Below, piece by piece: positions 54,057-64,000 of a stretch of 64,000 nucleotides of DNA. Each line of letters opens with the position of its first letter. The first letter of the stretch is position 1. This stretch comes from Terracidiphilus sp. (GTDB lineage Bacteria; Acidobacteriota; Terriglobia; Terriglobales; Acidobacteriaceae), in assembly GCA_036384955.1 (NCBI GenBank), contig DASVLI010000189.1, positions 6,813-70,812 of the forward strand, in the 5' to 3' direction. The position numbers were made by a program, and so were the translations under genes. The notes beneath the pieces are model-generated. The model ran no database searches, was not told the DNA's origin, and saw nothing but the letters and a program-made list of their open reading frames with translations.

Positions 54057-55271
54057 ATGCGAGTCGCTCTCATTCTCCGTACTGTCTGTGTGACCATTCT
54101 GCTGGGCACTTGCATCAGCTATTTATCTCAAGCCCAAGCCAAACCCAAAGCCGATCCGCGTCGCCAATCGGCGCTTCAGCTTGAGCAGCAGGGCAAGCTC
54201 GACGATGCCAGGGCCATCTGGGAAGCCCTAAACAAGGCCAATCCACGGAACTCAGAACCCCTCGCGCACCTCGGCCTCATTGCGTCGCACCAGCAGCGCT
54301 ACGAGGAAGCCATTCCGTACTATCAGAAGGTGCTCGCGCTGGCGCCCAACATGCAGGCGGCGCGAATTGACCTTGCACTTGCACTCTTCAAGTCCGGTCA
54401 TCCCAAAGAGGCGATTCCTGAATTTCAAAAACTGATTAAAGCTTCGCCGAAGGGATCCAGCCAGGAATTGCGCTTCACCATTCTTACCGGCATGGCCTAC
54501 TACGCCCTGGCGGACTACATACATGCGGCGCCCTATCTGAAGACCGCAACTGAACGCGACAAAACGAATCTACCGCTGCGGCTTGCGCTTGCGCATAGTT
54601 ATCTCTGGACCAAGCAACTCCAGGCACTCATGGACGTTTACCATGAGATTCTTGAGCTAGATCCCAACTCTGCCGAAGCCGACATGCTTGCTGGTGAAGC
54701 ACTGGACGAAATGAAGGACAATGCAGGCGCGACGGAAATGTTCCGCGCCGCGGTTAAGGCTAACCCCAAGACTCCCAACGCGCACTTCGGTCTCGGATAT
54801 CTTCTCTGGTCCCAGAAAAAATACCCTGAGGCGGCATCGGAGCTTCAGGCAGAAATCGATAACGATCCGGACCATGTCCAGTCACTCATGTATCTTGCCG
54901 ACGCCAATATTCAGATGAACAAAATCGATGAGGCCAAGTTGTTGCTTGTGCGTGCCCTTAAGCTTGATTCTGCGCAACCACTCGCCCACCTCGACCTTGG
55001 CATCGTCTACGCCGAGCTCAATCAGAATGAAGACGCGCTGCGCGAACTTCTCATCGCCGAGAAGATGATCCCCGACGACGTCAACGTGCACTGGCGTCTA
55101 GGCCGCCTCTATCGCGCCCTGGGGCACAAGGATGAAGCTAAAGTGGAATTCGACAAGGCCAACAATCTCAACAAAAAGGCAGACGAGGACCTCTACAAGA
55201 AGATCGCCGACGGGGCCAAGAGACCGCAGCCTACAGACACAGCGGCTCCTCAAGCTCCTCCAACTCAGTGA
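54057..55271 (+). CDS. Tetratricopeptide-repeat protein, secreted
   Basis: Signal-like N-terminus and about 9 canonical TPR units (e.g. AHFGLGYLLWSQKKYPEAASELQAEIDNDPDH). Confidence 0.8.
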   Translation: MRVALILRTVCVTILLGTCISYLSQAQAKPKADPRRQSALQLEQQGKLDDARAIWEALNKANPRNSEPLAHLGLIASHQQRYEEAIPYYQKVLALAPNMQAARIDLALALFKSGHPKEAIPEFQKLIKASPKGSSQELRFTILTGMAYYALADYIHAAPYLKTATERDKTNLPLRLALAHSYLWTKQLQALMDVYHEILELDPNSAEADMLAGEALDEMKDNAGATEMFRAAVKANPKTPNAHFGLGYLLWSQKKYPEAASELQAEIDNDPDHVQSLMYLADANIQMNKIDEAKLLLVRALKLDSAQPLAHLDLGIVYAELNQNEDALRELLIAEKMIPDDVNVHWRLGRLYRALGHKDEAKVEFDKANNLNKKADEDLYKKIADGAKRPQPTDTAAPQAPPTQ

Positions 55272-55468
55272 ACTGTAGGTTTGGGTTCCGTGGCGCCAGG
55301 TGTCTGCTCCCGCGCCAGCAGCAGAGAGAGCGCCTTCTCCGGGCATAGATGGTGCGCCTCGACGGCGTTCAGCTCCTCGGGCGTTTCCACCGCGGAGGCA
55401 ATGGTCATCAGGCAGTCCAGGCAGCGCGTGTTGTAGGTGCCATTTTCGTTTTGTGTGCGGTTGTACAT
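55265..55468 (-). CDS. Hypothetical small Cys-containing protein
   Basis: 67-aa ORF downstream of eutC (CLDC...HHLC). It overlaps the convergent TPR stop by 7 nt. Confidence 0.3.
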   Translation of the reverse strand: MYNRTQNENGTYNTRCLDCLMTIASAVETPEELNAVEAHHLCPEKALSLLLAREQTPGATEPKPTVH

Positions 55469-55591
55469 ATCACGTCAACTTCTTCACAAGAGGTTTTCCG
55501 ATACTACGAAGCCTGTTTGTGTTGAAAATGTGACGTGAGTCACCCCAGCGTGTGAGGTCGCAATCTTCACGCAATGGATGGGATGCAGATA

Positions 55592-56335
55592 TCAGCCCGC
55601 CGGCAGTTGCGGTGCGGCTTCTTTCAGCTGTATGCCGGTTAGGCCCAGCCGCCGAGCCTCCGTCAGATAAAACTGCAGCTGCGCCGCAGCCTGCGCATAG
55701 CTCAGCCCTTCGCTGCGAATATTCGAGATGCAATTCCGCTCCGCATCGGTTCTTCCCGGCTGCGGATGCCACGTGATGTACGCCCCTAGCGAGTCCGGCG
55801 AACTCAACCCCGGCCGCTCGCCAATCAGCATCACGCACAGCTCGGCATGCAAACCTTGCCCAATCGGGTCGCCAATCGCCACGCGCCCCTGCTCCACAAC
55901 GCACAATGGAGCAAGCCGCCAGTCATCCAGCTTAGGCAGCAGCGCCTCCAGCAAGGGCACAACGTGCCGTTCCACGGCCAATGCAGAAAGTCCATCCGCC
56001 ACCACAATCGCCACATCGGTCGCGCCGCCTGCAGCCGCCTCCAGCGCCCTTGCGCTCTCCTCGTCCGGAATGCGCCCCAGGTCAGGCCTCTGCAGATAGG
56101 TAGCGCGCTCAGGCGCTGCCGAGTGCAGCCGCAGAACCGGCCGCCCGCTCAACCGCTCCAGCGCAACCGCCAGCGCCCCTGCCTCCAGCCGCGCATGCAC
56201 CGCATCGCGCGCCATGGCATGCGCTTTTTGAAAAACAAGCAAATCGCCGGTCTGCTGACTCACGCCCGTGCGTCCGAGGCCAACCCGTGCCGGCGTCAGC
56301 GCGCGCAGCCGTGCCGTTATCAACTCCGAGCTCAT
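55592..56335 (-). CDS. eutC: Ethanolamine ammonia-lyase small subunit
   Basis: 247 aa. LRALTPARVGLGRTG ... IGERPGLS. 4-nt overlap with eutB. Confidence 0.9.
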   Translation of the reverse strand: MSSELITARLRALTPARVGLGRTGVSQQTGDLLVFQKAHAMARDAVHARLEAGALAVALERLSGRPVLRLHSAAPERATYLQRPDLGRIPDEESARALEAAAGGATDVAIVVADGLSALAVERHVVPLLEALLPKLDDWRLAPLCVVEQGRVAIGDPIGQGLHAELCVMLIGERPGLSSPDSLGAYITWHPQPGRTDAERNCISNIRSEGLSYAQAAAQLQFYLTEARRLGLTGIQLKEAAPQLPAG

Positions 56336-57711
56336 GCCGGCAGCAGCCTTTCCGGCGAGCCAGCCTCAAGCGCCAGCCGCGCAAACTGGTCGCTCGCAAG
56401 CCAGCGCTCAAACTCCGGCGCCGGCCTCAGTCCCAGCACCCGCCGCACATACAACGCATCATGGAAGCTGGTGCTCTGGTAGTTCAGCATCACGTCGTCG
56501 GCGCCCGGAACGCCCATGATGTAGTTCACGCCGGCCGCGCCCAGCAGCGTCAGCAGCGTGTCCATGTCGTCCTGGTCGGCCTCGGCGTGGTTGGTGTAGC
56601 AAACGTCGCAACCCATCGGCAGGCCCAGCAGCTTGCCGCAAAAGTGGTCTTCTATCCCGGCACGCGCAATCTGCTTGCCGTCGTACAGGTACTCCGGTCC
56701 GATAAAGCCCACCACCGTGTTCACCAGCATCGGCTTGTAGTGCCGTGCTACGGCGTAGGCCCGCGCCTCCAGTGTCTGCTGGTCCACTGCGTGGTGCGCA
56801 TTGGCCGAGAGCGCCGATCCCTGCCCGGTTTCGAAATACATCACGTTAGCGCCCATCGCGGCGCCGTCGCACACCGCCCCGCGCGCCAGCGCCATGCCAG
56901 CCTCGTAGGCCTCCTGCAGCAGCGCCAGCGTCACGCCGAAGCTGCGGTTGGCCGCTTCGGTCCCCGCAATCGATTGAAAGATCAAATCCACCGGCGCGCC
57001 TGCCTCCAGCGCCGCCATCTGCGTGGTCACATGTGCCAGCACGCAGCTCTGCGCGGGAATCATAAATCGCTCGCGCACCGCGTCAATCAGCCGCAGCAGC
57101 TGTGTAGTCGTCGCGACGTTGTCGCCCGCGGGATTAATCCCAATCACCGCGTCGCCCGAGCCCAGCAGCAGCCCGTCCAGCATGGAAGCGGCGATGCCCA
57201 TCGCGTCGTCGGTCGGATGATTCGGCTGCAACCGCGCACTCAGCCGCCCGCGCAGCCCTACCGTGGTGCGGAAGCGCGTCACCACGCGCATCTTCGCTGC
57301 CGCCGCAATCAGGTCCTGCACCCGCATCAGCTTGCTCACCGCTGCTGCCATCTCCGGTGTCAGCCCAGGCGCAAGCACAGCCAGCCGCTCCTCGGTGGCC
57401 TCGTCGCTCAGCAGCCAGTCGCGCAGCTCACCCACCGTCAGTGACCGCACCGGCGCAAACGCCTCCGCATCGTGCGTGTCTGCAATCAGGCGAGTGACTT
57501 CGTCGTCTTCATACGGCACAACCTGTTCGTCCAGGAAATGCGCCAACGGCAACTCGGCCAGTGCAAACTGCGCTGCCACGCGCTCCTCGGCACTGCGCGC
57601 TGCAACGCCCGCCAGCACGTCGCCGCTGCGCAGCGGAGTCGCCTTCGCCAGCAGCTCGCGCAGGTCCGCAAAGCTGTAGCGCGTGCCGCCAATTGTGTGG
57701 TGAAAGGGCAT
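56332..57711 (-). CDS. eutB: Ethanolamine ammonia-lyase large subunit
   Basis: 459 aa. YSFADLRELLAKATPLRSGD ... MYFETGQGSALS ... CYTNHAEADQDD. Confidence 0.93.
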   Translation of the reverse strand: MPFHHTIGGTRYSFADLRELLAKATPLRSGDVLAGVAARSAEERVAAQFALAELPLAHFLDEQVVPYEDDEVTRLIADTHDAEAFAPVRSLTVGELRDWLLSDEATEERLAVLAPGLTPEMAAAVSKLMRVQDLIAAAAKMRVVTRFRTTVGLRGRLSARLQPNHPTDDAMGIAASMLDGLLLGSGDAVIGINPAGDNVATTTQLLRLIDAVRERFMIPAQSCVLAHVTTQMAALEAGAPVDLIFQSIAGTEAANRSFGVTLALLQEAYEAGMALARGAVCDGAAMGANVMYFETGQGSALSANAHHAVDQQTLEARAYAVARHYKPMLVNTVVGFIGPEYLYDGKQIARAGIEDHFCGKLLGLPMGCDVCYTNHAEADQDDMDTLLTLLGAAGVNYIMGVPGADDVMLNYQSTSFHDALYVRRVLGLRPAPEFERWLASDQFARLALEAGSPERLLPA

Positions 57712-57762
57712 GAGGTTGGGAATAGCCTAAACCACGCGCCGCGTTGGCGCGAGGTTTTGCTG

Positions 57763-58158
57763 TCAGGCTGTTTGAGGGACTGGCCGCGGAGCTGGCACGC
57801 CTTCCGGCATCACCAGCCGCTGCGGCGCGCAGCATGCATGCGCAAAGCGCGTCAGGTCGGCCTGCATCTGCTTGTCGTTGGCTAGTGCGGCCAGCACAGC
57901 CGTCAAAACCGCCTGCGCCTCGCTGTCCAGCTTGCCCGCCATGCGGTAGTGCATCCACTTGCCTTCGCGCCGCGCCTCCACTAGCCCCGCCCTGCGCAAA
58001 TACGCCAGATGCCGCGAGATCTTCGGCTGGCTCTGCCGCAAAATCTCCACAAAGTAGCACACGCACACCTCGCGCCCCGCAATCAGGTTCAGCAGGCGCA
58101 GCCGCGTGGGGTCCGCCAGCGCGGCAAACATCTCCGGCAACGGGGAAGCTTTCTTCAT
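57763..58158 (-). CDS. arsR: ArsR/SmtB-family metalloregulator
   Basis: FAALADPTRLRLLNLIAGREVCVCYFVEIL (CVC metal site) and SQPKISRHLAYLRRAGLV. Confidence 0.9.
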   Translation of the reverse strand: MKKASPLPEMFAALADPTRLRLLNLIAGREVCVCYFVEILRQSQPKISRHLAYLRRAGLVEARREGKWMHYRMAGKLDSEAQAVLTAVLAALANDKQMQADLTRFAHACCAPQRLVMPEGVPAPRPVPQTA

Positions 58159-58159
58159 G

Positions 58160-58216
58160 TCGTCAGTATATATGTATTGACGAATATGACAAGGCGCGCT
58201 TATATTTGCTTAAGCA
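58160..58216. promoter_or_regulatory. Divergent ars promoter region with two palindromes (candidate ArsR operators)
   Basis: TCGTCA-n12-TGACGA (58160-58183) and TGCTTAAGCA (58207-58216), between arsR and arsM. Confidence 0.5.
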
Positions 58217-58234
58217 TATGTGAGGAGTGCCATC

Positions 58235-59092
58235 ATGGATACCAAATCCGAAGTCCGCGCCAAATACGGCGCCGTTGCCGAGCAGGTTTTGAACAGCGGC
58301 GCCACCGCCTGCTGCGATCCCGGCCTGAAGTGCTGCGACCCTATCACCACCAATCTCTACGACGAGTCGCAGAAGAGCGGCCTGCCGCCCGCCGCCGTCC
58401 TGGCTTCGCTCGGCTGCGGCAATCCAACCGCGCTCATCGAGCTCAAGCCCGGCCAGGTCGTGCTCGACCTCGGCTCCGGCGGCGGCATTGACGTGCTGCT
58501 CTCTGCCAAACGCGTCGGTCCCACCGGCAAGGCCTACGGGCTCGACATGACCGACGAAATGCTCGCCCTCGCCCGCCAGAATCAGATCCAGGCCGGCGTT
58601 GAAAACGTCGAATTCCTCAAGGGCGACATCGAGCACATCCCCCTGCCCGACAACTCCGTCGACGTCGTCATCTCGAATTGCGTCATCAATCTCGCCTCCG
58701 ATAAGAGCCGCGTGCTTGAAGAAGCCTTCCGCGTCCTGCGTCCCGGCGGCCGCTTCGCCGTCTCCGACATTGTTGCGCGCGGCGAGGTGCCCCAGCAGGT
58801 GCGTACCAGCATGGCGCTTTGGGTCGGCTGCATCGCTGGCGCACTTGAGGAGCAGGACTATCTGGGCAAACTCGCGCAGGCCGGCTTTACTGAGATTTCG
58901 CTTGAGCCCACGCGCACCTACAACGTCGAAGACGCCCGCCAGTTCCTCGAGTCCGCCGGCGTCGACGTTGACGCCATCGCCGCGCAGGCCGCCGGCTCGC
59001 TCATCAGCGCCTTCATCCGCGCTGCCAAGCCGGCCAAGCCCTGCTGCGGCCCGTCTTGCTGCTCACCCGTCTCCATCCAAACCAAGGAGTAG
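58235..59092 (+). CDS. arsM: Arsenite S-adenosylmethionine methyltransferase
   Basis: Cys pairs ([12 protein letters not shown]), SAM motif [11 protein letters not shown], and a later Cys (WVGCIAGA). The RBS gaggag lies 6 nt before the ATG at 58235. Confidence 0.88.
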   Translation: MDTKSEVRAKYGAVAEQVLNSGATACCDPGLKCCDPITTNLYDESQKSGLPPAAVLASLGCGNPTALIELKPGQVVLDLGSGGGIDVLLSAKRVGPTGKAYGLDMTDEMLALARQNQIQAGVENVEFLKGDIEHIPLPDNSVDVVISNCVINLASDKSRVLEEAFRVLRPGGRFAVSDIVARGEVPQQVRTSMALWVGCIAGALEEQDYLGKLAQAGFTEISLEPTRTYNVEDARQFLESAGVDVDAIAAQAAGSLISAFIRAAKPAKPCCGPSCCSPVSIQTKE

Positions 59093-59094
59093 TC

Positions 59095-59586
59095 ATGTCT
59101 CGCACCCACAACGTCTTGTTCCTTTGCACCGGCAACTCGGCGCGCTCCATCATGGCAGAGGCCATCCTCAACCACAAGGGGCGGGGGCAATTTGTTGCCT
59201 ATAGCGCGGGCAGTCATCCCTCCGGCCAGCCCCGGCCGGAGGCGCTCAAGCAAATCGAATCCGCAGGCATGTCCATCGCGGGGCTGCGCAGCAAATCGTG
59301 GAATGAGTTCTCCGCGCCGGGCGCGCCCCAACTCGACTTCGTCTTCACCGTCTGCGACAACGCCGCCAACGAAGTCTGTCCCTACTGGCCCGGGCAGCCG
59401 GTCACGGCGCACTGGGGTATTCCCGACCCCGCTGCTGTCAAAGGCACACCCGAAGAAATCGCGCGCGCCTTCAGCGATGCCTTCGTTGTGCTTGATCGGC
59501 GCATCGGACTCTTTCTCTCGCTTCCCCTCAGCACGCTGGAGCAGCTTGCCATCAAACAAAAACTCGACGAAATCGGCCGCTCGTAG
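59095..59586 (+). CDS. arsC: Arsenate reductase, LMW-PTP (thioredoxin-coupled) type
   Basis: P-loop LFLCTGNSARS, with downstream Cys residues (TVCDNAANEVCP). Confidence 0.9.
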   Translation: MSRTHNVLFLCTGNSARSIMAEAILNHKGRGQFVAYSAGSHPSGQPRPEALKQIESAGMSIAGLRSKSWNEFSAPGAPQLDFVFTVCDNAANEVCPYWPGQPVTAHWGIPDPAAVKGTPEEIARAFSDAFVVLDRRIGLFLSLPLSTLEQLAIKQKLDEIGRS

Positions 59587-59604
59587 CAGCGCCGGAGAAC
59601 CCAC

Positions 59605-60687
59605 TTGACCAAAAAGCGCCTCTCGTTTCTCGACCGCTATCTCACCGGCTGGATCTTCGCCGCCATGGCTGCCGGAGTCGCCCTCGGCTGGCTCGCTCCC
59701 GGTGTTGTCCCGTTCCTCAATCGCTTCACGGTCGGCACAACGTCCATCCCCATTGCCATCGGCCTCATCGTCATGATGTATCCGCCCTTCACCAAGGTGC
59801 GCTACGAGGAGCTGCACGAGGTCTTCCGCAACAAGCGCATTCTTGGCCTCTCGCTGCTGCAGAACTGGCTCATCGGCCCTGTCCTCATGTTTGCGCTCGC
59901 CGTCATCTTCCTGCGCGGCTATCCGGAGTACATGGCCGGCCTCATCATGATCGGTCTGGCCCGCTGCATCGCCATGGTCATTGTCTGGAACGAACTGGCC
60001 AAAGGCGACACACAATACGCCGCAGGCCTGGTCGCGTTCAACTCCATCTTTCAGGTGCTCTTCTACTCGGTCTACTCGTGGATATTCATCACCGTGCTGC
60101 CGGGCTGGCTCGGCCTCCACGGCGTGGTGGTCAATGTCTCCATTGTCGAAATCGCAAAGAGCGTCTTTATCTATCTCGGCATTCCGTTCCTTGCCGGCTT
60201 TCTCACCCGCACCATCCTCGTTCGCGCCAAAGGCATTGACTGGTACAACCACAACTTCATCCCGCGCGTCGGCCCGCTCACGCTCATCGCGCTGCTGTTC
60301 ACCATTGTCGTCATGTTCTCGCTCAAGGGCGACTACATCGTTCGCCTGCCGCTCGATGTGCTGCGCATCGCCGTTCCGCTTCTCATCTACTTCGTGATCA
60401 TGTTCCTGGTCTCGTTCGCCATGGGCAGGCGTCTCGGGGCCGATTACTCGAAGACCGCAACACTTGCCTTCACCGCCGCCTCCAATAACTTTGAGCTGGC
60501 CATCGCCGTCGCCGTTTCGGTCTTTGGCATCAACTCCGGCGCGGCCTTCGCCGCAGTTATCGGCCCTCTTGTTGAAGTGCCCGTGATGATTGCCCTCGTC
60601 AATCTCGCGCTCTACTTCCAGCGCAGATATTTCCCTGCCGCGGAGACGGGCGATCTCAATGCGCCCTGCGCACCGCGCATTCCCTGA
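59605..60687 (+). CDS. acr3: ACR3-family arsenite efflux permease
   Basis: [13 protein letters not shown]..., ARCIAMV motif, 10 TM segments. It appears to use a TTG start at 59605; the first in-frame ATG would remove the conserved N-terminus. Confidence 0.88.
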   Translation: MTKKRLSFLDRYLTGWIFAAMAAGVALGWLAPGVVPFLNRFTVGTTSIPIAIGLIVMMYPPFTKVRYEELHEVFRNKRILGLSLLQNWLIGPVLMFALAVIFLRGYPEYMAGLIMIGLARCIAMVIVWNELAKGDTQYAAGLVAFNSIFQVLFYSVYSWIFITVLPGWLGLHGVVVNVSIVEIAKSVFIYLGIPFLAGFLTRTILVRAKGIDWYNHNFIPRVGPLTLIALLFTIVVMFSLKGDYIVRLPLDVLRIAVPLLIYFVIMFLVSFAMGRRLGADYSKTATLAFTAASNNFELAIAVAVSVFGINSGAAFAAVIGPLVEVPVMIALVNLALYFQRRYFPAAETGDLNAPCAPRIP

Positions 60688-60700
60688 GCGGCATCAATCC

Positions 60701-60739
60701 AAAATGCAAAGGCCAGCCTCGCGGCTGGCCTTTTGCATT
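60701..60739. terminator. Bidirectional rho-independent terminator between acr3 and glk
   Basis: aaaatGCAAAGGCCAGCC-tcgc-GGCTGGCCTTTTGCatt, with an A-tract and a T-tract on either side. Confidence 0.8.
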
Positions 60740-60758
60740 CAATCAAACTGCGCTGTAA

Positions 60759-61781
60759 CTAAGCCTTTACTGACGCTGCCCGCGGCGAAATGCCGCTCAG
60801 CTCCGCGGCCCGCGCTTCCGCGTAGGCAGCCGCGCCCATCAGCGCGGCGCGGCTCTCCAAAACCACCCGCACCGGCATGTTGATCAGCAATTGGCTCAGG
60901 CGGCCCTTGTCCGTAAACGACTTCATGAAAGTGCCGTCCTTCAGCTTTTCCAGAATGCGCGGCGCAATGCCGCCGCCAATGTATACGCCGCCCACTGAGA
61001 GCACCTTCAGCGCAAGGTTGCCGGCCTCCGCGCCATACACCGAGACAAACATGTCCAGTGCCTTCTCGCAGATTTCGCTCTTCGCGGTCAGCGCCATTTC
61101 GGTAATCACCGCATTGGGGTCCGGCACCGCGGCAATCTTTTCCGCCAGCCACGCCGGCTCTTCCATGCCGCGCACCTCGCGCAAAAACTCGTACACGTTG
61201 GTCAGGCCCATGCCGCTCACCACGCGCTCGTAGCTGATGCGTCCGCCGTACTTCCGCATCAGGAAGCGCAGCATGTCCACCTCGTCCTCATTGCGCGGCG
61301 CAAAGTCGGTGTGCCCGCCCTCCGAGGGGTAGGGAACATGCATCCGGCCATTCCAGATCAGCAGACCTTCGCCCAGTCCGGTGCCCGCGGCAATCAGCGC
61401 GCGGTTGCCCATCTGGCTCGCATCGCCCTCGGCCAGCGTATAAATCTGGTCGGAGCTGAGCTCGGCAATGCCGTAGCCATTGGCTTCAAGGTCGTTGATC
61501 AAAAACACGTGCTGGATGCCGAGATGTGCCGACAGCTCGCGGCTGTCCAGTGTCCACGGCAGGTTGGTCAACCGCAGCCGCCCATCGCGCACCGGGCCCG
61601 GCACGCCAAAGCAGGCCGAGCTTACTTTGTCCGCGCCCAGAAACTGACGGACAATCTCTTCCAGGCCGGCAAAATCCTTTGCCGGGTAACGCTCATCGCG
61701 TGTGTGCTTCAGTTTTCCATCGATAAAGTCATACAGTGCGAGGTGGACTTTTGTGCCGCCCACATCTCCAGCGAGAATCAT
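60759..61781 (-). CDS. glk: Glucokinase
   Basis: MILAGDVGGTKVHLALY and Glk-family length (340 aa). Confidence 0.88.
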   Translation of the reverse strand: MILAGDVGGTKVHLALYDFIDGKLKHTRDERYPAKDFAGLEEIVRQFLGADKVSSACFGVPGPVRDGRLRLTNLPWTLDSRELSAHLGIQHVFLINDLEANGYGIAELSSDQIYTLAEGDASQMGNRALIAAGTGLGEGLLIWNGRMHVPYPSEGGHTDFAPRNEDEVDMLRFLMRKYGGRISYERVVSGMGLTNVYEFLREVRGMEEPAWLAEKIAAVPDPNAVITEMALTAKSEICEKALDMFVSVYGAEAGNLALKVLSVGGVYIGGGIAPRILEKLKDGTFMKSFTDKGRLSQLLINMPVRVVLESRAALMGAAAYAEARAAELSGISPRAASVKA

Positions 61782-62575
61782 CGTTGTCTCTCCAAAACCC
61801 CGCGGCCTTCCGCATCCGGTGCGGGTAAAAGCGTAGCAGCGGCCTTATCTACGACCAGAGAGAGTATACCGCTTGCGGGCCAAATCAGTTGACTGGGCAG
61901 AGTTTCCGGGTCGCGCGGCCCGGTCAGCACTTCCTTCAACACCTCGGCCTTATCCGCCCCGCCAATCAGGAAAAATACCTCGCTGGCCTGGTTGATCACC
62001 GGCCACGTCAGCGTAATCCGCCACATCTCCTTTTGCGGAACGTAATTGGCCGCCACCAGGCCGCCCATGGCGTGAATCGCCTCGGTATGCGGAAACAGCG
62101 ACGCCGTATGCCCGTCCGGCCCCATGCCCAGCGCAATCAGGTCAAAGCGCGGGCTCTCAGCGCCCTCCAGGCGAAACGTATTCCTCAGCAGCGACTCATA
62201 CCGCGCCGCGCCAGCCTCCGGCGCCAGTTCGCCTTCCATGCGGTGCACCTGCGCGGCCGGCAGTGGAACCAGGTCCAGCAGCGCCTCGCGCGTCATGCGG
62301 TAATTCGAGTCGGGGTGGTCCGGCGGAACGCAGCGCTCATCCACCCAGTAGAGATCCAGCTTTTCCCACGGCATGCGCGCCCGCCAGGGCTGCGCTGCGT
62401 CGGCCAGCAGGTGAAAGGCGGCCTTCGGTGTCGAGCCGCCGCTGACGGCAATCCGCGCCCGCCCGCGCTTGGCTACTGCGGCCTCTGCCGCTCGAGTAAA
62501 GCGCTCCGCGGCCTCGGCAGCAAGCGCCGCCGCGTCCGGCACAACTTTGTATGCAATTTTCAGTGTGGATGCCAT
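61778..62575 (-). CDS. pgl: 6-phosphogluconolactonase
   Basis: IAVSGGSTPK, GMGPDGHTASLFP. 4-nt overlap with glk. Confidence 0.88.
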   Translation of the reverse strand: MASTLKIAYKVVPDAAALAAEAAERFTRAAEAAVAKRGRARIAVSGGSTPKAAFHLLADAAQPWRARMPWEKLDLYWVDERCVPPDHPDSNYRMTREALLDLVPLPAAQVHRMEGELAPEAGAARYESLLRNTFRLEGAESPRFDLIALGMGPDGHTASLFPHTEAIHAMGGLVAANYVPQKEMWRITLTWPVINQASEVFFLIGGADKAEVLKEVLTGPRDPETLPSQLIWPASGILSLVVDKAAATLLPAPDAEGRGVLERQR

Positions 62576-62626
62576 CCGCTCCGGCCCTCCAGCTTCTACA
62601 TTACAAGGCGGAGCGGTGGCGAGAAG

Positions 62627-64000
62627 TTAATTGCCCAGGTAAACCTTGTACTGCGTTTCCAGGATGCCTGCCGCACGCGCCAGCACCAGCTTCGACACGT
62701 TGTAGCGGTACAGGCTCTCCACCAGATTGGTCTGCGCGTTGGCCAATGTGGCCTGCGCCGTCACCAGCGGAAGATTGTCGTCCACGCCGGCCTGTACGCG
62801 CTCAGTCTCGTCGGCCAGCGCCTGGGTCGCCAGGTCCACATTCGACCGCGCCACGTCCACCAGCTTATGCGCCGCATCCACGTCCAGCAGCGCCGCGCGT
62901 ACTTGCTGGTCGATGCGGTCATGCAGGTCCGCCAGCTGCGAGCGTACGCCATCCAGCTGCGCCGTCGAGGCCTGCTCGTTGCCGCGCAAACTCGCCTCGC
63001 GGAAGATGGGGAAGCTCAGCGTGCCCATGGCAGCAAAGTTGCCGTGCGTGCCTGCGCCATTCACCGTATCCACGCCCCAGTAGCCCCTGAAGCTGAGCGT
63101 AGGCAGCCGCTGCGCGCGATAGGCCTGATGCACCGCCTTCAGCTCCACCACCTGGTTCTGCAGATTCTGGTAATCCTGCCGGCTCTTGTACGCAATCGCG
63201 CGCACTTCCTCCGGCGTCTGCTGGGCCAGCTCGCCGTAAGGAGCCTGGTCGGTCAGCTCAATCTTCTGTCCCGGATCAATGCCAATTTCGCGCTTCAGCA
63301 GAATCAGGTTCTTCTCGCGCTCGGTCCGGGCCGCAATCAGCGCCTGCTGCTGCGCCTGCAGTTGTACCCGCGCCCGCAGCTCATCCAGATTCGCCGCCGT
63401 GCCCGCCTCGTGCGCCGCCTTCACGTGGTCCAAAGACACCTGGTCGGCATCCAGCAGCGCCTGCGCGTTGTCCACCTCGCTGCTGGCGGCCAGCGCTCGC
63501 AGATACGCGGTCGAAACCTGCTGCACCACTTCGCCGCGCGCGCTCATCTTGGCGAAATACGCCACCTTTTGCGCGGCCGATGCGGCCTTCCACCCGGCAA
63601 TCACCGGGCCGGAAAACAGCGTCTGGCTGAAGTTCAGCTGCCCCTGCGTCAGGTCGTTCTTGGTAATCGGCGAAAATCCAGAGGTGTCCATCCCCAGCAG
63701 ATCGCCGAATTTCGCCAGCGTGCCCGGTCCAAAACCCTGCGCCTCCAGGTTGTGCTGGTGCACGCCCGTTCCGCCGCTGAGAGAAATGCTGGGCAAAAAC
63801 TGCTGCAGAGCCTCGTTTTTCAGGCCCTTCAGCTCCAGCTCACCCGACTCGGCTTCTTTCAGGCCCAGATTGGTCTTCAGGCCGCGCGCCACAGCCTCAT
63901 CCAGGCTCAGCCGCAACACGCTGTCCGTCACCGGCGCAACGGTCACGCTGCCATAGAACGGGTTACTTGCCGAACTCGAATTCTGCGCCTGCGCGCCCGT
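62627..64000 (-). CDS. TolC-family outer membrane efflux protein, 5' end beyond the window
   Basis: Two-repeat OEP helical pattern (LSLDEAVARGLKTNLGLKEAE... and NLPLVTAQATLANAQTNLVESLYRYNVSKLVLARAAG). The frame stays open past the GTG at 63946 to the window edge. Confidence 0.8.
   Translation of the reverse strand, partial: TGAQAQNSSSASNPFYGSVTVAPVTDSVLRLSLDEAVARGLKTNLGLKEAESGELELKGLKNEALQQFLPSISLSGGTGVHQHNLEAQGFGPGTLAKFGDLLGMDTSGFSPITKNDLTQGQLNFSQTLFSGPVIAGWKAASAAQKVAYFAKMSARGEVVQQVSTAYLRALAASSEVDNAQALLDADQVSLDHVKAAHEAGTAANLDELRARVQLQAQQQALIAARTEREKNLILLKREIGIDPGQKIELTDQAPYGELAQQTPEEVRAIAYKSRQDYQNLQNQVVELKAVHQAYRAQRLPTLSFRGYWGVDTVNGAGTHGNFAAMGTLSFPIFREASLRGNEQASTAQLDGVRSQLADLHDRIDQQVRAALLDVDAAHKLVDVARSNVDLATQALADETERVQAGVDDNLPLVTAQATLANAQTNLVESLYRYNVSKLVLARAAGILETQYKVYLGN

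Overview
This is a high-GC bacterial chromosomal segment, roughly two-thirds G+C by eye. The gene content looks like Acidobacteriota (Terriglobia-like): a PadR plus ADOP-type duplicated FtsX permease pair, two giant TonB-dependent receptors fronted by a CarboxypepD_reg domain, several TPR proteins, an OPT transporter and a ComEC. I support about 60 protein genes. Most are housekeeping or well-known families:
- a DUF4350-MoxR-DUF58 operon, argG, obg, comEC and rlmD
- the coaX-birA-nadC cluster, valS, bamD-like and rpe
- a LytS/LytTR two-component pair, pmbA and tldD, and eutBC
- an arsR / arsM-arsC-acr3 arsenic island, and pgl-glk

I saw no rRNA, tRNA, CRISPR array, transposase, integrase or prophage genes.

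The non-routine content sits in small islets.
1. A low-GC islet of about 2.4 kb (3.2-5.6 kb) holds three ORFans, tandem 25-nt repeats and REP-like palindromes. It includes a 1.3-kb cassette bracketed by roughly 65-nt direct repeats.
2. A toxin-antitoxin insertion hotspot is wedged between tldD and pmbA. One decayed TA cassette there is bracketed by a duplicated copy of the tldD 3' end.
3. A frameshifted killer-type toxin sits next to an intact antidote gene.
4. Several high-GC conserved unknowns are candidate DNA-transaction proteins. One is a 531-aa protein with a NucS/RecB-like PD-(D/E)xK core. Another is a paralog of the UvrC N-terminal half, paired with a HEAT-like protein.
5. There is also a secreted His-rich pentapeptide-repeat protein.

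I cannot point to one clear-cut novel multi-gene system. The candidates are ranked by interest in the findings. All family calls rest on motif recognition by eye; no searches were run.
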